NCBI GenBank assembly: GCA_025055575.1
Contig: JANWWP010000023.1
Coordinates: 34,255 to 98,254 of the forward strand
Length of the DNA: 64,000 bases
Source of the DNA: Flavobacteriales bacterium
Lineage (GTDB): Bacteria > Bacteroidota > Bacteroidia > CAIKAF01
Direction of reading: 5' to 3'
Below the pieces are notes generated by a model. The model saw only the letters and a program-made list of their open reading frames with translations. It did no database searches and had not been told where the DNA came from. Below, one piece after another: positions 39,230 through 48,205 of this stretch. Position 1 is the first letter of the stretch; each line of letters opens with the position of its first letter. A program made the translations under genes and the position numbers.

Positions 39230-40051
39230 TTATGGACGTTCGCGCTCCAGATCCTGCCGCAGGCGCCTCAGTTCATCCTGAACGGCAGAAAGCGCGTCGT
39301 GAAGGTGGTTTTTGCTCAGGTTGGGCGGTGGCAGTTCGCTGCTGATGTAATTTACAAAGCGCCATACCTCCAGCACATCCTCTGCCCGCACTTCATAGGG
39401 AGGGTACGCCGGGTTGGTGGAAGAAAGAACAAAAGAGCCCCTTTCCTTCAATTCATTTTTCAGGATTTTAAAAACAACCCCTTCCTGCCGGGTTACAACG
39501 ATGCAGGGTGTGCCATCGCGGAGGCCCATCCAGTTGTCCACATATTCACCCGTAACGTAGGAGCCATCGCCCACGGGAGGCATGCTGTCGCCCTTTATCT
39601 GGAAGGTGCGGTGCTTGCGGTCGGTGCGCAAAAAAGGCAGGTGAAAGGCCGGCAAAACCCGAATGTATTCCGGATCGGCATATCCGGTGGTGTAACCGGC
39701 GCGCGCTTTTTCAGGAACCAGCTCCACATTTTCCCGGCCTTGATGATCGGTTGTGGTGACGACCACACGCAGATTCCGGCCCCGGGCCCTTTCTTCCGCC
39801 CCCATTTCCAGGCTGCGCAGCTGGCTTTCGCGATAGGTTTCCAAAGGCTCGCGCAATAAAACATCTAGGGGCATCCTGAAGTAATCAGCCATCTGCAACA
39901 GGCACTCCAACGGCGGTTCTGCCACGCCTTGTTCATAGGCGCTCCAAGTGGTGCGTTTAAGTCCTAGGGCGTCGGCTACGTCTTCCTGAGACCGCTTTAA
40001 ACGTTTTCTCAAAAAGCGAATATTGGAGGCCAAATGATGGAGTTTCGACAT
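39230..40051 (-). CDS. XRE-HTH plus S24 peptidase repressor (non-canonical LexA/CI-like)
   Basis: N-terminal NIRFLRK..SQEDVA..AYEQG HTH; Ala-Gly site (KARAGY), catalytic Ser (GDSM) and Lys (VVFK); start MSKLHH. Confidence 0.88.
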   Translation of the reverse strand: MSKLHHLASNIRFLRKRLKRSQEDVADALGLKRTTWSAYEQGVAEPPLECLLQMADYFRMPLDVLLREPLETYRESQLRSLEMGAEERARGRNLRVVVTTTDHQGRENVELVPEKARAGYTTGYADPEYIRVLPAFHLPFLRTDRKHRTFQIKGDSMPPVGDGSYVTGEYVDNWMGLRDGTPCIVVTRQEGVVFKILKNELKERGSFVLSSTNPAYPPYEVRAEDVLEVWRFVNYISSELPPPNLSKNHLHDALSAVQDELRRLRQDLERERP

Positions 40052-40150
40052 ATTTATTGGCACAAAATTAGTCAAAATATTTGTACTTTATTTTTACAAA
40101 ATTCCCCACGGCTTTTTCTATTGAGGATTATATTAAAAATTTTCGTAATC

Positions 40151-42241
40151 TCAAAACTTTAATCTCATCTGTAGCCGAGCATCCGTGCGTACGTTGCCAT
40201 CAATCTGAGAGGGGCCCGAGCTGATCACTTGACGATCTGCATACCAGGTGTGCGCCACTTTTATCCACAAATCCCAAAACCTCAAAATCTGCCACCGCAG
40301 CACCGCGTAAGTTCGAATACCTCGGCCATACAGGGCCGGAATAGAGAAATAGTACAAAACATCGTTTTCATACGCATACAAGCGGGTGTCATAATCCGAT
40401 GTTTGAAAAAGAGTGTAACGCAAAGCCAGGGCCAAAGGCTTTTTGAGACTTTTGTAGGTGATGTCAGCGAACATCATGTAGCCGTATTTGCGGCCTTCGG
40501 AGGGGGCATCAAAAATCATCATCTCCGCCCGCCCTCTCAGGCGTATGCGGCGTCCGGCGTCGGTGGTAAGGTTCAAGCGGATGTTGGTGCGAGCCAGATC
40601 TTCCACAATGTTAATAATTGGAGCATTGCGCACGTTTTGCTGTCCCAAGCGATGGCGTACCCGTCCGTAAATTTCAGTTCCTTTGACGGGCATCCAGGTC
40701 ACCTGAAGCAAACCATCCCAGGCCCGACCCGGTGCTTCTGCGCCATAGCGCGGCCAGGGAAAACGAATTTGATCAAAGTAGCCGGAGATGCCCACACGGC
40801 GCACCGGGCGGCAGTCCACTCCCAGATAGAGCCCACTTTCGTTGTTCCCGCCACGGCGATCGGCCACTGGATTGGCATACAAAGCAGCGTAGGAAGGTTG
40901 AAAATTCCGGTAATAAGCTGTGAAGGTGAAAAAGGTCGTCAAAGTGGCCTGAAGCCCATGCACCATTGCCCAGCCGCGCGGCTGGCTCCGCGAGACTTCC
41001 CCAAACAATGTAAAATGCGGGCCCACCCACTGGTAATCCACACCTAAGTTGACCAGACTATTGCCCTGAAAACGGTACACATTATAAAGCGCTTCGCTAC
41101 GGCGCAGCACCGCATTAAGGTGCGTGTACACTCCGGTAAATCCGACGCGGAGATTTCGCCAGTTGATATCGGCATGTCCTCCGGCCATCTGTTCGCGTAC
41201 GGTGCCTTTGTTGTCGATTTCTGAGACAGTACGGTGCAAACCGGACGTGATGAGGGAACTGATTTCGGGCAGGTTGTTCAAAATGTCCTCCGTGGTGGTG
41301 TCGGTTTCGACCAAGTTGCCATCTAAATTTTTGCGGGAATAAAAGGCTGTAATATCCAACCATGGAAGAGGTCGAAGCGTGAAGGCGCCGCCCCGCATGA
41401 ACAAATTTTCATTGATAGAAGTGTAAGGCCTCAGACCCTGTCCGGTGCGCCGCAGATTGATACCGAAAGCGGTCTTTCCGAAAGCCAGCCCGGTCCAAAG
41501 AGTAAGCCCCTGGCCAAAACGACATTGATAGTCTCCCAAAGCCAGGGCTTTCAACCATTTAATATTGCTGATAAAAAGGTGCGCGCTATAAAAATCAAAT
41601 CCATATTTATTCACCCCTGAAAAAAAAGGCTCGCCGGCATCCTTGTCGGCCGTAAACCCAATGCTATAATGCCGGTTGTGCTGATAACGGAAACGGGTGA
41701 AAAGCCCAAAGGGCGGCCCCAGAAAGCCACGGGTCGGATCTTCGGCATTCTGAATGTAGCCCGCCTGCCGCTGAAAGGTATATAGACTTCTGAAAAACCA
41801 CTCTCCACGGCCATATTTTAAAAGGCGCCTGAAAGAGAGGGAAGTCCGTGCGTCCTCGTTGCGGACAGTGACAAAAGGGCGTACCACATCGATGGTTTCA
41901 TCGTCCAGACCCGGTATCAGCTTCAATTCATATAACGTCACCAGAGGCCCGTGGTTTTTGCGGTACTTCAGAATGTTCTCTATCTGGCGATCGGTGAAGA
42001 CTTGCAACTTTTCGAGATCCTCCCTCGTGGCCTGATTCAAATCCAGTGGATGTTCAAAAAAATACTGGAGATCTTCCGTGAGGGTGGTGAAATCCAACTG
42101 TTCATCCACGTTGTCTGTAATGGTTTCAATGAGCTTTTCAATCAGATTATCCCGTCGGGTTTCATCGTCCCGGGCCCTGTCCCTCTGGGCCATCAGAAAA
42201 CAGGGCCAAAGGATCAGAAAAAAAAGGGTGCAGCGGCTCAT
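40151..42241 (-). CDS. ComEA-type helix-hairpin-helix domain fused to a large outer-membrane beta-barrel
   Basis: Signal peptide MSRC..LMAQ; PLDLNQATREDL..YRKNHGP..ELKLIPGL (HhH_3); amphipathic strands; ends QMRLKF; ATGA overlap with the upstream gene. Confidence 0.8.
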   Translation of the reverse strand: MSRCTLFFLILWPCFLMAQRDRARDDETRRDNLIEKLIETITDNVDEQLDFTTLTEDLQYFFEHPLDLNQATREDLEKLQVFTDRQIENILKYRKNHGPLVTLYELKLIPGLDDETIDVVRPFVTVRNEDARTSLSFRRLLKYGRGEWFFRSLYTFQRQAGYIQNAEDPTRGFLGPPFGLFTRFRYQHNRHYSIGFTADKDAGEPFFSGVNKYGFDFYSAHLFISNIKWLKALALGDYQCRFGQGLTLWTGLAFGKTAFGINLRRTGQGLRPYTSINENLFMRGGAFTLRPLPWLDITAFYSRKNLDGNLVETDTTTEDILNNLPEISSLITSGLHRTVSEIDNKGTVREQMAGGHADINWRNLRVGFTGVYTHLNAVLRRSEALYNVYRFQGNSLVNLGVDYQWVGPHFTLFGEVSRSQPRGWAMVHGLQATLTTFFTFTAYYRNFQPSYAALYANPVADRRGGNNESGLYLGVDCRPVRRVGISGYFDQIRFPWPRYGAEAPGRAWDGLLQVTWMPVKGTEIYGRVRHRLGQQNVRNAPIINIVEDLARTNIRLNLTTDAGRRIRLRGRAEMMIFDAPSEGRKYGYMMFADITYKSLKKPLALALRYTLFQTSDYDTRLYAYENDVLYYFSIPALYGRGIRTYAVLRWQILRFWDLWIKVAHTWYADRQVISSGPSQIDGNVRTDARLQMRLKF

Positions 42242-43128
42242 GGTTCGGAAGCGCTCGAGCTTGAACGGTTTCGGCGCATTTCCTTTTGAACCTGGGGCCC
42301 GAAATCCACCGAAAGCCCGGCTTGGGGCGAAAAGCCCAAGACCTGATGGTAGGAGGAAGCCAGATCCAGTTGCCAGGGGCCCAGCCTCAGCCCCATGCCA
42401 AAAGCGGCCGTCACGGGACCAGTACCGCCCCCGGCCCGCACCTGAAGGATCGGAACCGGAAGATATTCCAGGCCCAACCGAACGGCAAAAGGCCGGTCCA
42501 GGTCTTTTTCTGCATCCACATGCGTCCGAAGTTTTCCCGCCCACAGGTATCCAATTCCAAACCGTACCAGAGCCGGAAGCCTTTCATTATCAAAGGCAGC
42601 GATGGTTTGGCGCACAGGATTCACCAAATGAAAGGCCACCGAAAAATCCCGGGTGGGCCGTGCCAGCACGCCCAATTCCCCCGTGAAAGCATGGGCCGAA
42701 CCGTACATATCCCCAAAAGCCAAGTAATGGTAATTAAAAGTCATCCCAGCGCTCAGGTAAGGGCTAAAAGTGCGGGCGTAGGAAAAAGATAGGCGGTTCC
42801 TGTTAAAAAAGCGGCCTCCGAAGCGCAAAAAAGCCAGATTAAAAACACCCAGACGCCGCGTCGCAGCGGCAGCAGACATACCCGCCGTACCAAGTTCGGG
42901 CAATAGAAACCGATTGTCATAAAAAACACCGGCCCCACTGCGACCCAGGTAACCCAAAGCCCCCGGATTATTGAAGGCCGCGTATACATCCACGTTGCAC
43001 AGAGAGGCATGGGCCATTCCCGCAGCCCTTCCGCCCACCGGCCAGGATTGTGCTTCTAAACCCACGATGGCGATAGAACAGGCGAGTCCGGTGGCTATTA
43101 ATCTTTTAAGGCATCGATGTCGGGACAT
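42238..43128 (-). CDS. PorV/PorQ/FadL-like outer-membrane beta-barrel protein
   Basis: Signal peptide ending in AQ; GGRAAGMAHA..AAFNNPGALG N-terminal motif; alternating strands; GLEY. Confidence 0.62.
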   Translation of the reverse strand: MSRHRCLKRLIATGLACSIAIVGLEAQSWPVGGRAAGMAHASLCNVDVYAAFNNPGALGYLGRSGAGVFYDNRFLLPELGTAGMSAAAATRRLGVFNLAFLRFGGRFFNRNRLSFSYARTFSPYLSAGMTFNYHYLAFGDMYGSAHAFTGELGVLARPTRDFSVAFHLVNPVRQTIAAFDNERLPALVRFGIGYLWAGKLRTHVDAEKDLDRPFAVRLGLEYLPVPILQVRAGGGTGPVTAAFGMGLRLGPWQLDLASSYHQVLGFSPQAGLSVDFGPQVQKEMRRNRSSSSASEP

Positions 43129-43637
43129 AGGCGACCAAACTGAAAAGACTCCAGGTTGAGTTGGTGCTGCGCATCCAGCACTTTCGTTTTTAAGGATTGC
43201 TTAAAGGCCAGAAGACGTTCCTGAAGTGCAGGATCTGACAAGGCCAAAATGGAAGCCGCCAGGAGCCCCGCATTGTGGGCATTGTTCAAGGCTACGGTGG
43301 CCACCGGAATGCCGGCCGGCATTTGCAGAATGGAGAGGAGGCTATCCCATCCGTCCAGACTCTGGGATGACTTTACCGGCACACCTATCACCGGAAGAAC
43401 GGTGTGGGAAGCCACCATGCCCGGCAGATGGGCCGCGCCGCCAGCTCCTGCCACCAGGACCCCCAGGCCTCTTTGAAGTGCCGAAGCGGCGTAGCGCGCC
43501 ATAAATTCCGGAGTACGATGGGCTGAAACAACCGCTGCTTCAAAAGGCACCTGCAATTCATCTAAAATCTTCGCGGCACCTTGCATCACCTCCCAGTCCG
43601 ATGCACTGCCCATGATTATGCCCACTCTGGCTTGCAT
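43098..43637 (-). CDS. purE: N5-carboxyaminoimidazole ribonucleotide mutase
   Basis: VGIIMGSASD, VSAHRTP, AGAGGAAHLPGM, SILQMPAGIPVATV. Confidence 0.96.
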   Translation of the reverse strand: MQARVGIIMGSASDWEVMQGAAKILDELQVPFEAAVVSAHRTPEFMARYAASALQRGLGVLVAGAGGAAHLPGMVASHTVLPVIGVPVKSSQSLDGWDSLLSILQMPAGIPVATVALNNAHNAGLLAASILALSDPALQERLLAFKQSLKTKVLDAQHQLNLESFQFGRLCPDIDALKD

Positions 43638-43678
43638 AAGCCAAAGTAAAGCATTTTCGGCCGAACAGCCAAAATATC

Positions 43679-44437
43679 TTAACTGCAGGGCCCTGTGGTC
43701 ATGCCCGGCGCCGGCTGAATGACTTCGGCCAGAAGACGACGCACTATGGGAAAAAAGGTTTCATAAAAGGGCAAGGGCTTTACGCTCACCGCCCCAAAAA
43801 CGGCCGGATTGGGCCAGTCGGGTCTTTCCCTGATCAATTCCTGCTTGATCTGCCGGAAATGGTAGCGTAAGCTTGTGGGATAGCTGCTGACGTAGGCCGT
43901 GTGAATGGCTTTAAATTTTTCACCAGGTTTTTCGTACAGTGTCACATGATAGGAATACACGCGATTTTCGGCATTTTCCTGATCTTCAAGAATCACATAC
44001 CCTTCATCCTGATGGAGCGGCATCACGCCGACGGCTTCCAGAGCTATGAGTTTTTCAGCTTCTTCATAACGCACGCGGCCCTCCTGGATGGACTCAGCAA
44101 AATGTGGGATAGCAAACGACACAATATCCATCAGTTCTTCCATAACCTGGCTTTCCGGCATTTTCTTTTCATAAATCAGAAGCAGTTTCTCCCAATCCAC
44201 ACCCGACACCGTGGCCGTACCGGATTCAAACAACTCCGCCTTGTCTTTTAAGTTCTGTAAATCCTTATAGTGCTGGATCAGATCAGCCAAAACAGGATAC
44301 AGGCGATGGCTCCGGAAATAGGCCGCCACGCTCTGCAAATACCCTAAGATCACGTAGCTTTTGTATTCAAGGTCCACATGGCCGTCCGTGATCCAGGTGG
44401 GCGATAATCTGGGAAAGTCAGATTTTAGGGATTCCAT
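43679..44437 (-). CDS. hypothetical protein
   Basis: Uninterrupted 252-aa ORF with normal composition (WITDGHVDLEYKSYVILGYLQ...); no family I can name. Confidence 0.7.
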   Translation of the reverse strand: MESLKSDFPRLSPTWITDGHVDLEYKSYVILGYLQSVAAYFRSHRLYPVLADLIQHYKDLQNLKDKAELFESGTATVSGVDWEKLLLIYEKKMPESQVMEELMDIVSFAIPHFAESIQEGRVRYEEAEKLIALEAVGVMPLHQDEGYVILEDQENAENRVYSYHVTLYEKPGEKFKAIHTAYVSSYPTSLRYHFRQIKQELIRERPDWPNPAVFGAVSVKPLPFYETFFPIVRRLLAEVIQPAPGMTTGPCS

Positions 44438-44616
44438 AGTGTTATGAAATCTTTACGCATAAATAACGAAAAAGATAAGCCAGAGTTGTATTGATAAAGT
44501 TTTTTATCAACAGATTTTAAAACGTGCTGGATTATTTACATCTTTCCTATTTAGAGTAAGATTAAAATTTTTTGAAATCCCCAAACCCTCCAAAAAAAAT
44601 TTTTAATTCTAAAAGC

Positions 44617-44628
44617 TGACAAAAGTCA
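44617..44628. promoter_or_regulatory. putative Crp/Fnr-family operator upstream of the cco operon
   Basis: Palindrome TGAC-AAAA-GTCA (TGA-N6-TCA spacing) about 24 nt upstream of a degenerate -7 element GACCTTTG. Confidence 0.55.
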
Positions 44629-44683
44629 TTGTTTCCGGGAGCCAAGGTGTCTGACCTTTGAACTGGATTTCACAACACAAACA

Positions 44684-44854
44684 ATGTACGTGCTCTTCGT
44701 CCTTATCCTTATCAGCCTGGCACTGGCAGGGGTATTTCTGATATGGTTTTTAAAGGCGGCCCGGGAAGGCCAGTTTGACGATACCACGACCCCGGGCATC
44801 CGGGTGCTTTTTGATGACAAACCGCTCAGCAAACAATTTAAAATTAAACAATAA
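44684..44854 (+). CDS. ccoS: cbb3-type cytochrome oxidase assembly protein CcoS (absent from the supplied ORF track)
   Basis: Translated by hand: MYVLFVLILISLALAGVFLIWFLKAAREGQFDDTTTPGIRVLFDD..., with the GQFDD motif. Confidence 0.92.
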   Translation: MYVLFVLILISLALAGVFLIWFLKAAREGQFDDTTTPGIRVLFDDKPLSKQFKIKQ

Positions 44855-44862
44855 AATGAGCT

Positions 44863-47037
44863 ATGGAACGGTTCTATTATGACAACAAAATTGTAAAATT
44901 CTTCCTCATCGCCACGGTGGTGTGGGGAATTGTGGGCATGCTGGTGGGCCTACTGGCGGCCTATCAGTTGTATTTTCCGGAACTCAACCTGGGCCTTCCT
45001 TATACCTCCTTTGGGCGCATCCGCCCCCTGCACACGAACGCTGTAATTTTCGCATTTGTGGGCAATGCCATTTTTATGGGGGTGTATTATTCTACACAAA
45101 GGCTGTTAAAGGCCCGCATGTTCAGTGATTTTTTAAGTTGGTTTCATTTCTGGGGCTGGCAATTGATTATTCTTTCTGCGGCTCTGACTCTGCCCACCGG
45201 GCATACCCAGGGAAAAGAGTACGCCGAGCTGGAATGGCCTATTGACATTGCCATCGCTTTGGTGTGGGTGGCATTTGGGACCAATTTGATCGGCACCATG
45301 ATCCGGCGCAGGGTGCAGCACATGTATGTAGCCATTTGGTTTTATGTAGCCTCCTTCGTCACTGTGGCTGTGCTCCACATCGTGAATTCTATTTCGATAC
45401 CGGCAGGTTTTTTAAAAAGCTACTCGATATATGCCGGTGTTCAGGACGCGCTGGTGCAGTGGTGGTATGGCCATAATGCAGTGGCCTTTTTTCTTACCAC
45501 GCCCTATTTGGGCCTCATGTATTACTTTTTAGTAAAAGCCGCCAACCGTCCGGTTTATTCTTACCGCCTCTCCATCGTTCATTTCTGGACGCTGATTTTC
45601 ATTTATATCTGGGCTGGCCCCCACCATCTTTTGTATACGGCCTTACCCAACTGGGCCCAGGCCTTAGGGGTGATTTTTTCAGTCATGCTGATTGCGCCTT
45701 CCTGGGGCGGTATGGTGAACGGTTTGCTGACGCTGCGTGGGGCTTGGGACAAAGTGCGCGAAGATCCGGTTCTGAAATTTTTTGTGGTGGCCGTCACGGC
45801 CTACGGTATGGCCACTTTCGAGGGTCCCATGCTGTCCCTAAAAAATGTCAATGCCATCAGCCACTACACAGACTGGACAGTGGCCCACGCGCATGTGGGC
45901 GCTCTGGGCTGGAACGGATTTCTCACCTTCGGAATGCTGTATTGGCTGGTGCCACGTATGTGGCAAACCACCCTGTTTTCGAAAAAACTGGCTGACTTCC
46001 ACTTCTGGATTGGCACGTTGGGCATCATTTTCTATGCCCTGCCCATGTATGTTGCGGCGCTTACCCAAGCCCTGATGTGGAAGCAATTCAATGAGGAAGG
46101 TCTGCTCCAGTACCCGAACTTCCTGCAAACTGTAAAGCAAATCATGCCCATGTATTTACTGCGCGGCATTGGCGGCACGCTCTACCTGGCCGGGGTGGTG
46201 GTGATGGTGTACAACCTCATTAAAACGGCGGCTCAGGGCAAGTTTCTGGCAGAAGAAGAAGCCGAAGCACCCGCCCTCGCCCCCTCCCAAGCCCACACGG
46301 GCGGATTCAGCCACCGCGTTTTGGAACGCAAACCCGTGTTGTTTACCTCCTTGGCTCTGGTGGCCATCCTCATTGGCGGGGTAATTGAATTCCTTCCTGC
46401 TTTCCTCATCAAAACCAATGTTCCGACCATCGAAAGCGTTAAGCCCCTCACGGCCCTTGAATTGCAGGGACGGGATATCTACATCCGGGAGGGTTGTTAC
46501 AATTGCCATTCCCAAATGATTCGACCCTTCCGTTCCGAAACCGAGCGCTACGGGGAGTATTCTAAAGTGGGCGAATTTGTCTATGATCATCCTTTTCAAT
46601 GGGGATCCAAACGCACAGGGCCCGACCTGGCAAGGGAAGGCGGAAAAAATCCCCACGCCTGGCACTTTTTGCATATGTACGATCCCTCACTCACGTCCGC
46701 AGGAACCATCATGCCCGGCTACAAGTGGATGATCACCAACGATCTGGATCTCTCCAGCACCAGAGCCAAAATCAAAGCCCTTCGAACGGCCGGAGTTCCC
46801 TATCCGGAAGGCTACGAAGAACAAGCAGAAGCCGACTTGATCCGTCAGGCTAAGGATCTTGCCGATCAGTTGAAAACCGATGCCAAAGTGCAGCAGATCC
46901 TTGAGATGGAGGGAATCACGGAATTGGAAAATAAAGAAATCGTGGCCATGATTGCCTACATGCAACGTCTGGGGCGTGATATTCAGGGCGATACAAGCAG
47001 CCACAAATACCTGCCTCCCCAACTCACCAAAAAATAA
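44863..47037 (+). CDS. ccoN: cbb3-type cytochrome c oxidase subunit I/II fusion (CcoNO)
   Basis: RPLHTNAVIFAF, QWWYGHNAV, WAGPHHL, HAHVG; CcoO part EGCYNCHSQMIRP and WGSKRTGPDL. Confidence 0.97.
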   Translation: MERFYYDNKIVKFFLIATVVWGIVGMLVGLLAAYQLYFPELNLGLPYTSFGRIRPLHTNAVIFAFVGNAIFMGVYYSTQRLLKARMFSDFLSWFHFWGWQLIILSAALTLPTGHTQGKEYAELEWPIDIAIALVWVAFGTNLIGTMIRRRVQHMYVAIWFYVASFVTVAVLHIVNSISIPAGFLKSYSIYAGVQDALVQWWYGHNAVAFFLTTPYLGLMYYFLVKAANRPVYSYRLSIVHFWTLIFIYIWAGPHHLLYTALPNWAQALGVIFSVMLIAPSWGGMVNGLLTLRGAWDKVREDPVLKFFVVAVTAYGMATFEGPMLSLKNVNAISHYTDWTVAHAHVGALGWNGFLTFGMLYWLVPRMWQTTLFSKKLADFHFWIGTLGIIFYALPMYVAALTQALMWKQFNEEGLLQYPNFLQTVKQIMPMYLLRGIGGTLYLAGVVVMVYNLIKTAAQGKFLAEEEAEAPALAPSQAHTGGFSHRVLERKPVLFTSLALVAILIGGVIEFLPAFLIKTNVPTIESVKPLTALELQGRDIYIREGCYNCHSQMIRPFRSETERYGEYSKVGEFVYDHPFQWGSKRTGPDLAREGGKNPHAWHFLHMYDPSLTSAGTIMPGYKWMITNDLDLSSTRAKIKALRTAGVPYPEGYEEQAEADLIRQAKDLADQLKTDAKVQQILEMEGITELENKEIVAMIAYMQRLGRDIQGDTSSHKYLPPQLTKK

Positions 47038-47043
47038 AAGGTC

Positions 47044-47241
47044 ATGTATAAAGATGTAGCAAGCCGTATTCCGGATGTGTGGATTTACCCCACCATCTCC
47101 CTTGTGATCTTTTTCACCTTTTTCCTTATCCTGTTTGTGGTGGTTTTCACCCGCCGAAGGGAACTGGTACAATCCCAGAAAATGATTCCCCTTGAAGACG
47201 GCACCCACCTATCTGAAAAAAGTAAAATGATACAGCCATGA
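47044..47241 (+). CDS. ccoQ: cbb3-type oxidase subunit CcoQ
   Basis: Small single-TM protein (IYPTISLVIFF..IPLED) between ccoNO and ccoP. Confidence 0.8.
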   Translation: MYKDVASRIPDVWIYPTISLVIFFTFFLILFVVVFTRRRELVQSQKMIPLEDGTHLSEKSKMIQP

Positions 47242-48200
47242 AAAAGGTATTCGGTTTTTTAAAATGGATTCTCCTTGGGCTCATCGGGGGTTCCACAACT
47301 CTGCCACTTTACGGCCAAGGAAATGCTCCGGAGCTCCCATTCTATCTGAAGCAGGATTTTCTGAACCAGGTTTTGGCTATTGTGGCCTTTTTGTACGTCC
47401 TGCTTTTGATGCGGCATTTGATGGTTCTGGAAAAACTGGCCCGGGAAGTGGGCCGTATGATGCTGCCCCAGGAGGAGGCCGCCAAGCTGGCTGAGGAGCC
47501 GAGTATTTGGCAAAAAATTCTGAAACACCTCTCCGGCCTCAAACCCTTGGAAGCCGAAAAAGATCTTGTGCTGGAAGGCCATGAATACGATGGCATCAAA
47601 GAACTCAGCAATGGCATGCCCCCATGGCTTCGCTATCTTTTCCTTGGAACCATCCTGTTTGGGGTGCTGTATTTCACCTACTTTACGATGTTGGGAATAG
47701 GTCCTACCCAAGAGGAGGAATACGCCCAGGAAATGGCCCGGGCCGCCCTTCAAAAAGAAGAACGTATGAAACTGGCTGCCAATAAGGTGGATGAAAACAC
47801 GGTGGTAGTGCTGACAGAAAAAAATTACCTGGAGGAAGGTCGTAAAATTTTTATTGAAAACTGCGCCACATGCCATGGGGAAAATGGTGGTGGTGGAGCG
47901 GGCCCTAACCTCACGGATGAATATTGGCTCCATGGAGGTGGCGTAAAAAATATTTTTAAACTGGTCAAATATGGCTTTATTCAAAAAGGAATGCCGCCGT
48001 GGGAAGATAAGCTCACACCTTTTCAAATTCAAAAGGTCACGAGTTATGTCTTGAGTTTACAAGGCAGCAACCCACCCGGGGGGCTGCCTCCCGCCGGGGA
48101 AAAATGGACGGAGACCCCCCCAGATACAAGCACCCTGAAAACAACCACAGCTTCGCTGAGCTCCCTCGATGCAGCTGCCCAGCGTCAGATCAGCCAATAA
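47238..48200 (+). CDS. ccoP: cbb3-type oxidase subunit III CcoP (single heme)
   Basis: HEYDGIKEL..PPW, CATCH, GPNLTDEYWLHGG, GMPPW. Confidence 0.92.
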   Translation: MKKVFGFLKWILLGLIGGSTTLPLYGQGNAPELPFYLKQDFLNQVLAIVAFLYVLLLMRHLMVLEKLAREVGRMMLPQEEAAKLAEEPSIWQKILKHLSGLKPLEAEKDLVLEGHEYDGIKELSNGMPPWLRYLFLGTILFGVLYFTYFTMLGIGPTQEEEYAQEMARAALQKEERMKLAANKVDENTVVVLTEKNYLEEGRKIFIENCATCHGENGGGGAGPNLTDEYWLHGGGVKNIFKLVKYGFIQKGMPPWEDKLTPFQIQKVTSYVLSLQGSNPPGGLPPAGEKWTETPPDTSTLKTTTASLSSLDAAAQRQISQ

Positions 48201-48205
48201 GAACC

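Noticed and set aside
39230-40051. Prophage CI repressor marking a prophage remnant
   Set aside because: No divergent cro, integrase or structural genes; neighbours are lpdA and envelope genes
40229-41047. Long antisense or alternate-frame ORFs (272 aa here; also 11187-11936, 12447-13091, 47259-48032, 60037-60570)
   Set aside because: All lie within well-supported genes and show no recognisable motifs; they are expected shadow ORFs
42242-42544. 101-codon upstream extension of the HhH-barrel ORF (possible frameshift fusion with the upstream barrel)
   Set aside because: The extension is an alternate frame of the upstream gene with non-protein-like composition; the ATG at 42241 gives a clean signal peptide and ATGA coupling; no slippery site identified
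44438-44683. Possible replication origin (AT-rich gap, genes diverge on both sides, DnaA-like TTATCAACA)
   Set aside because: Only one or two imperfect boxes in 246 bp, no switch in G/C skew apparent by eye (not computed), and the gap is explained by two divergent promoters
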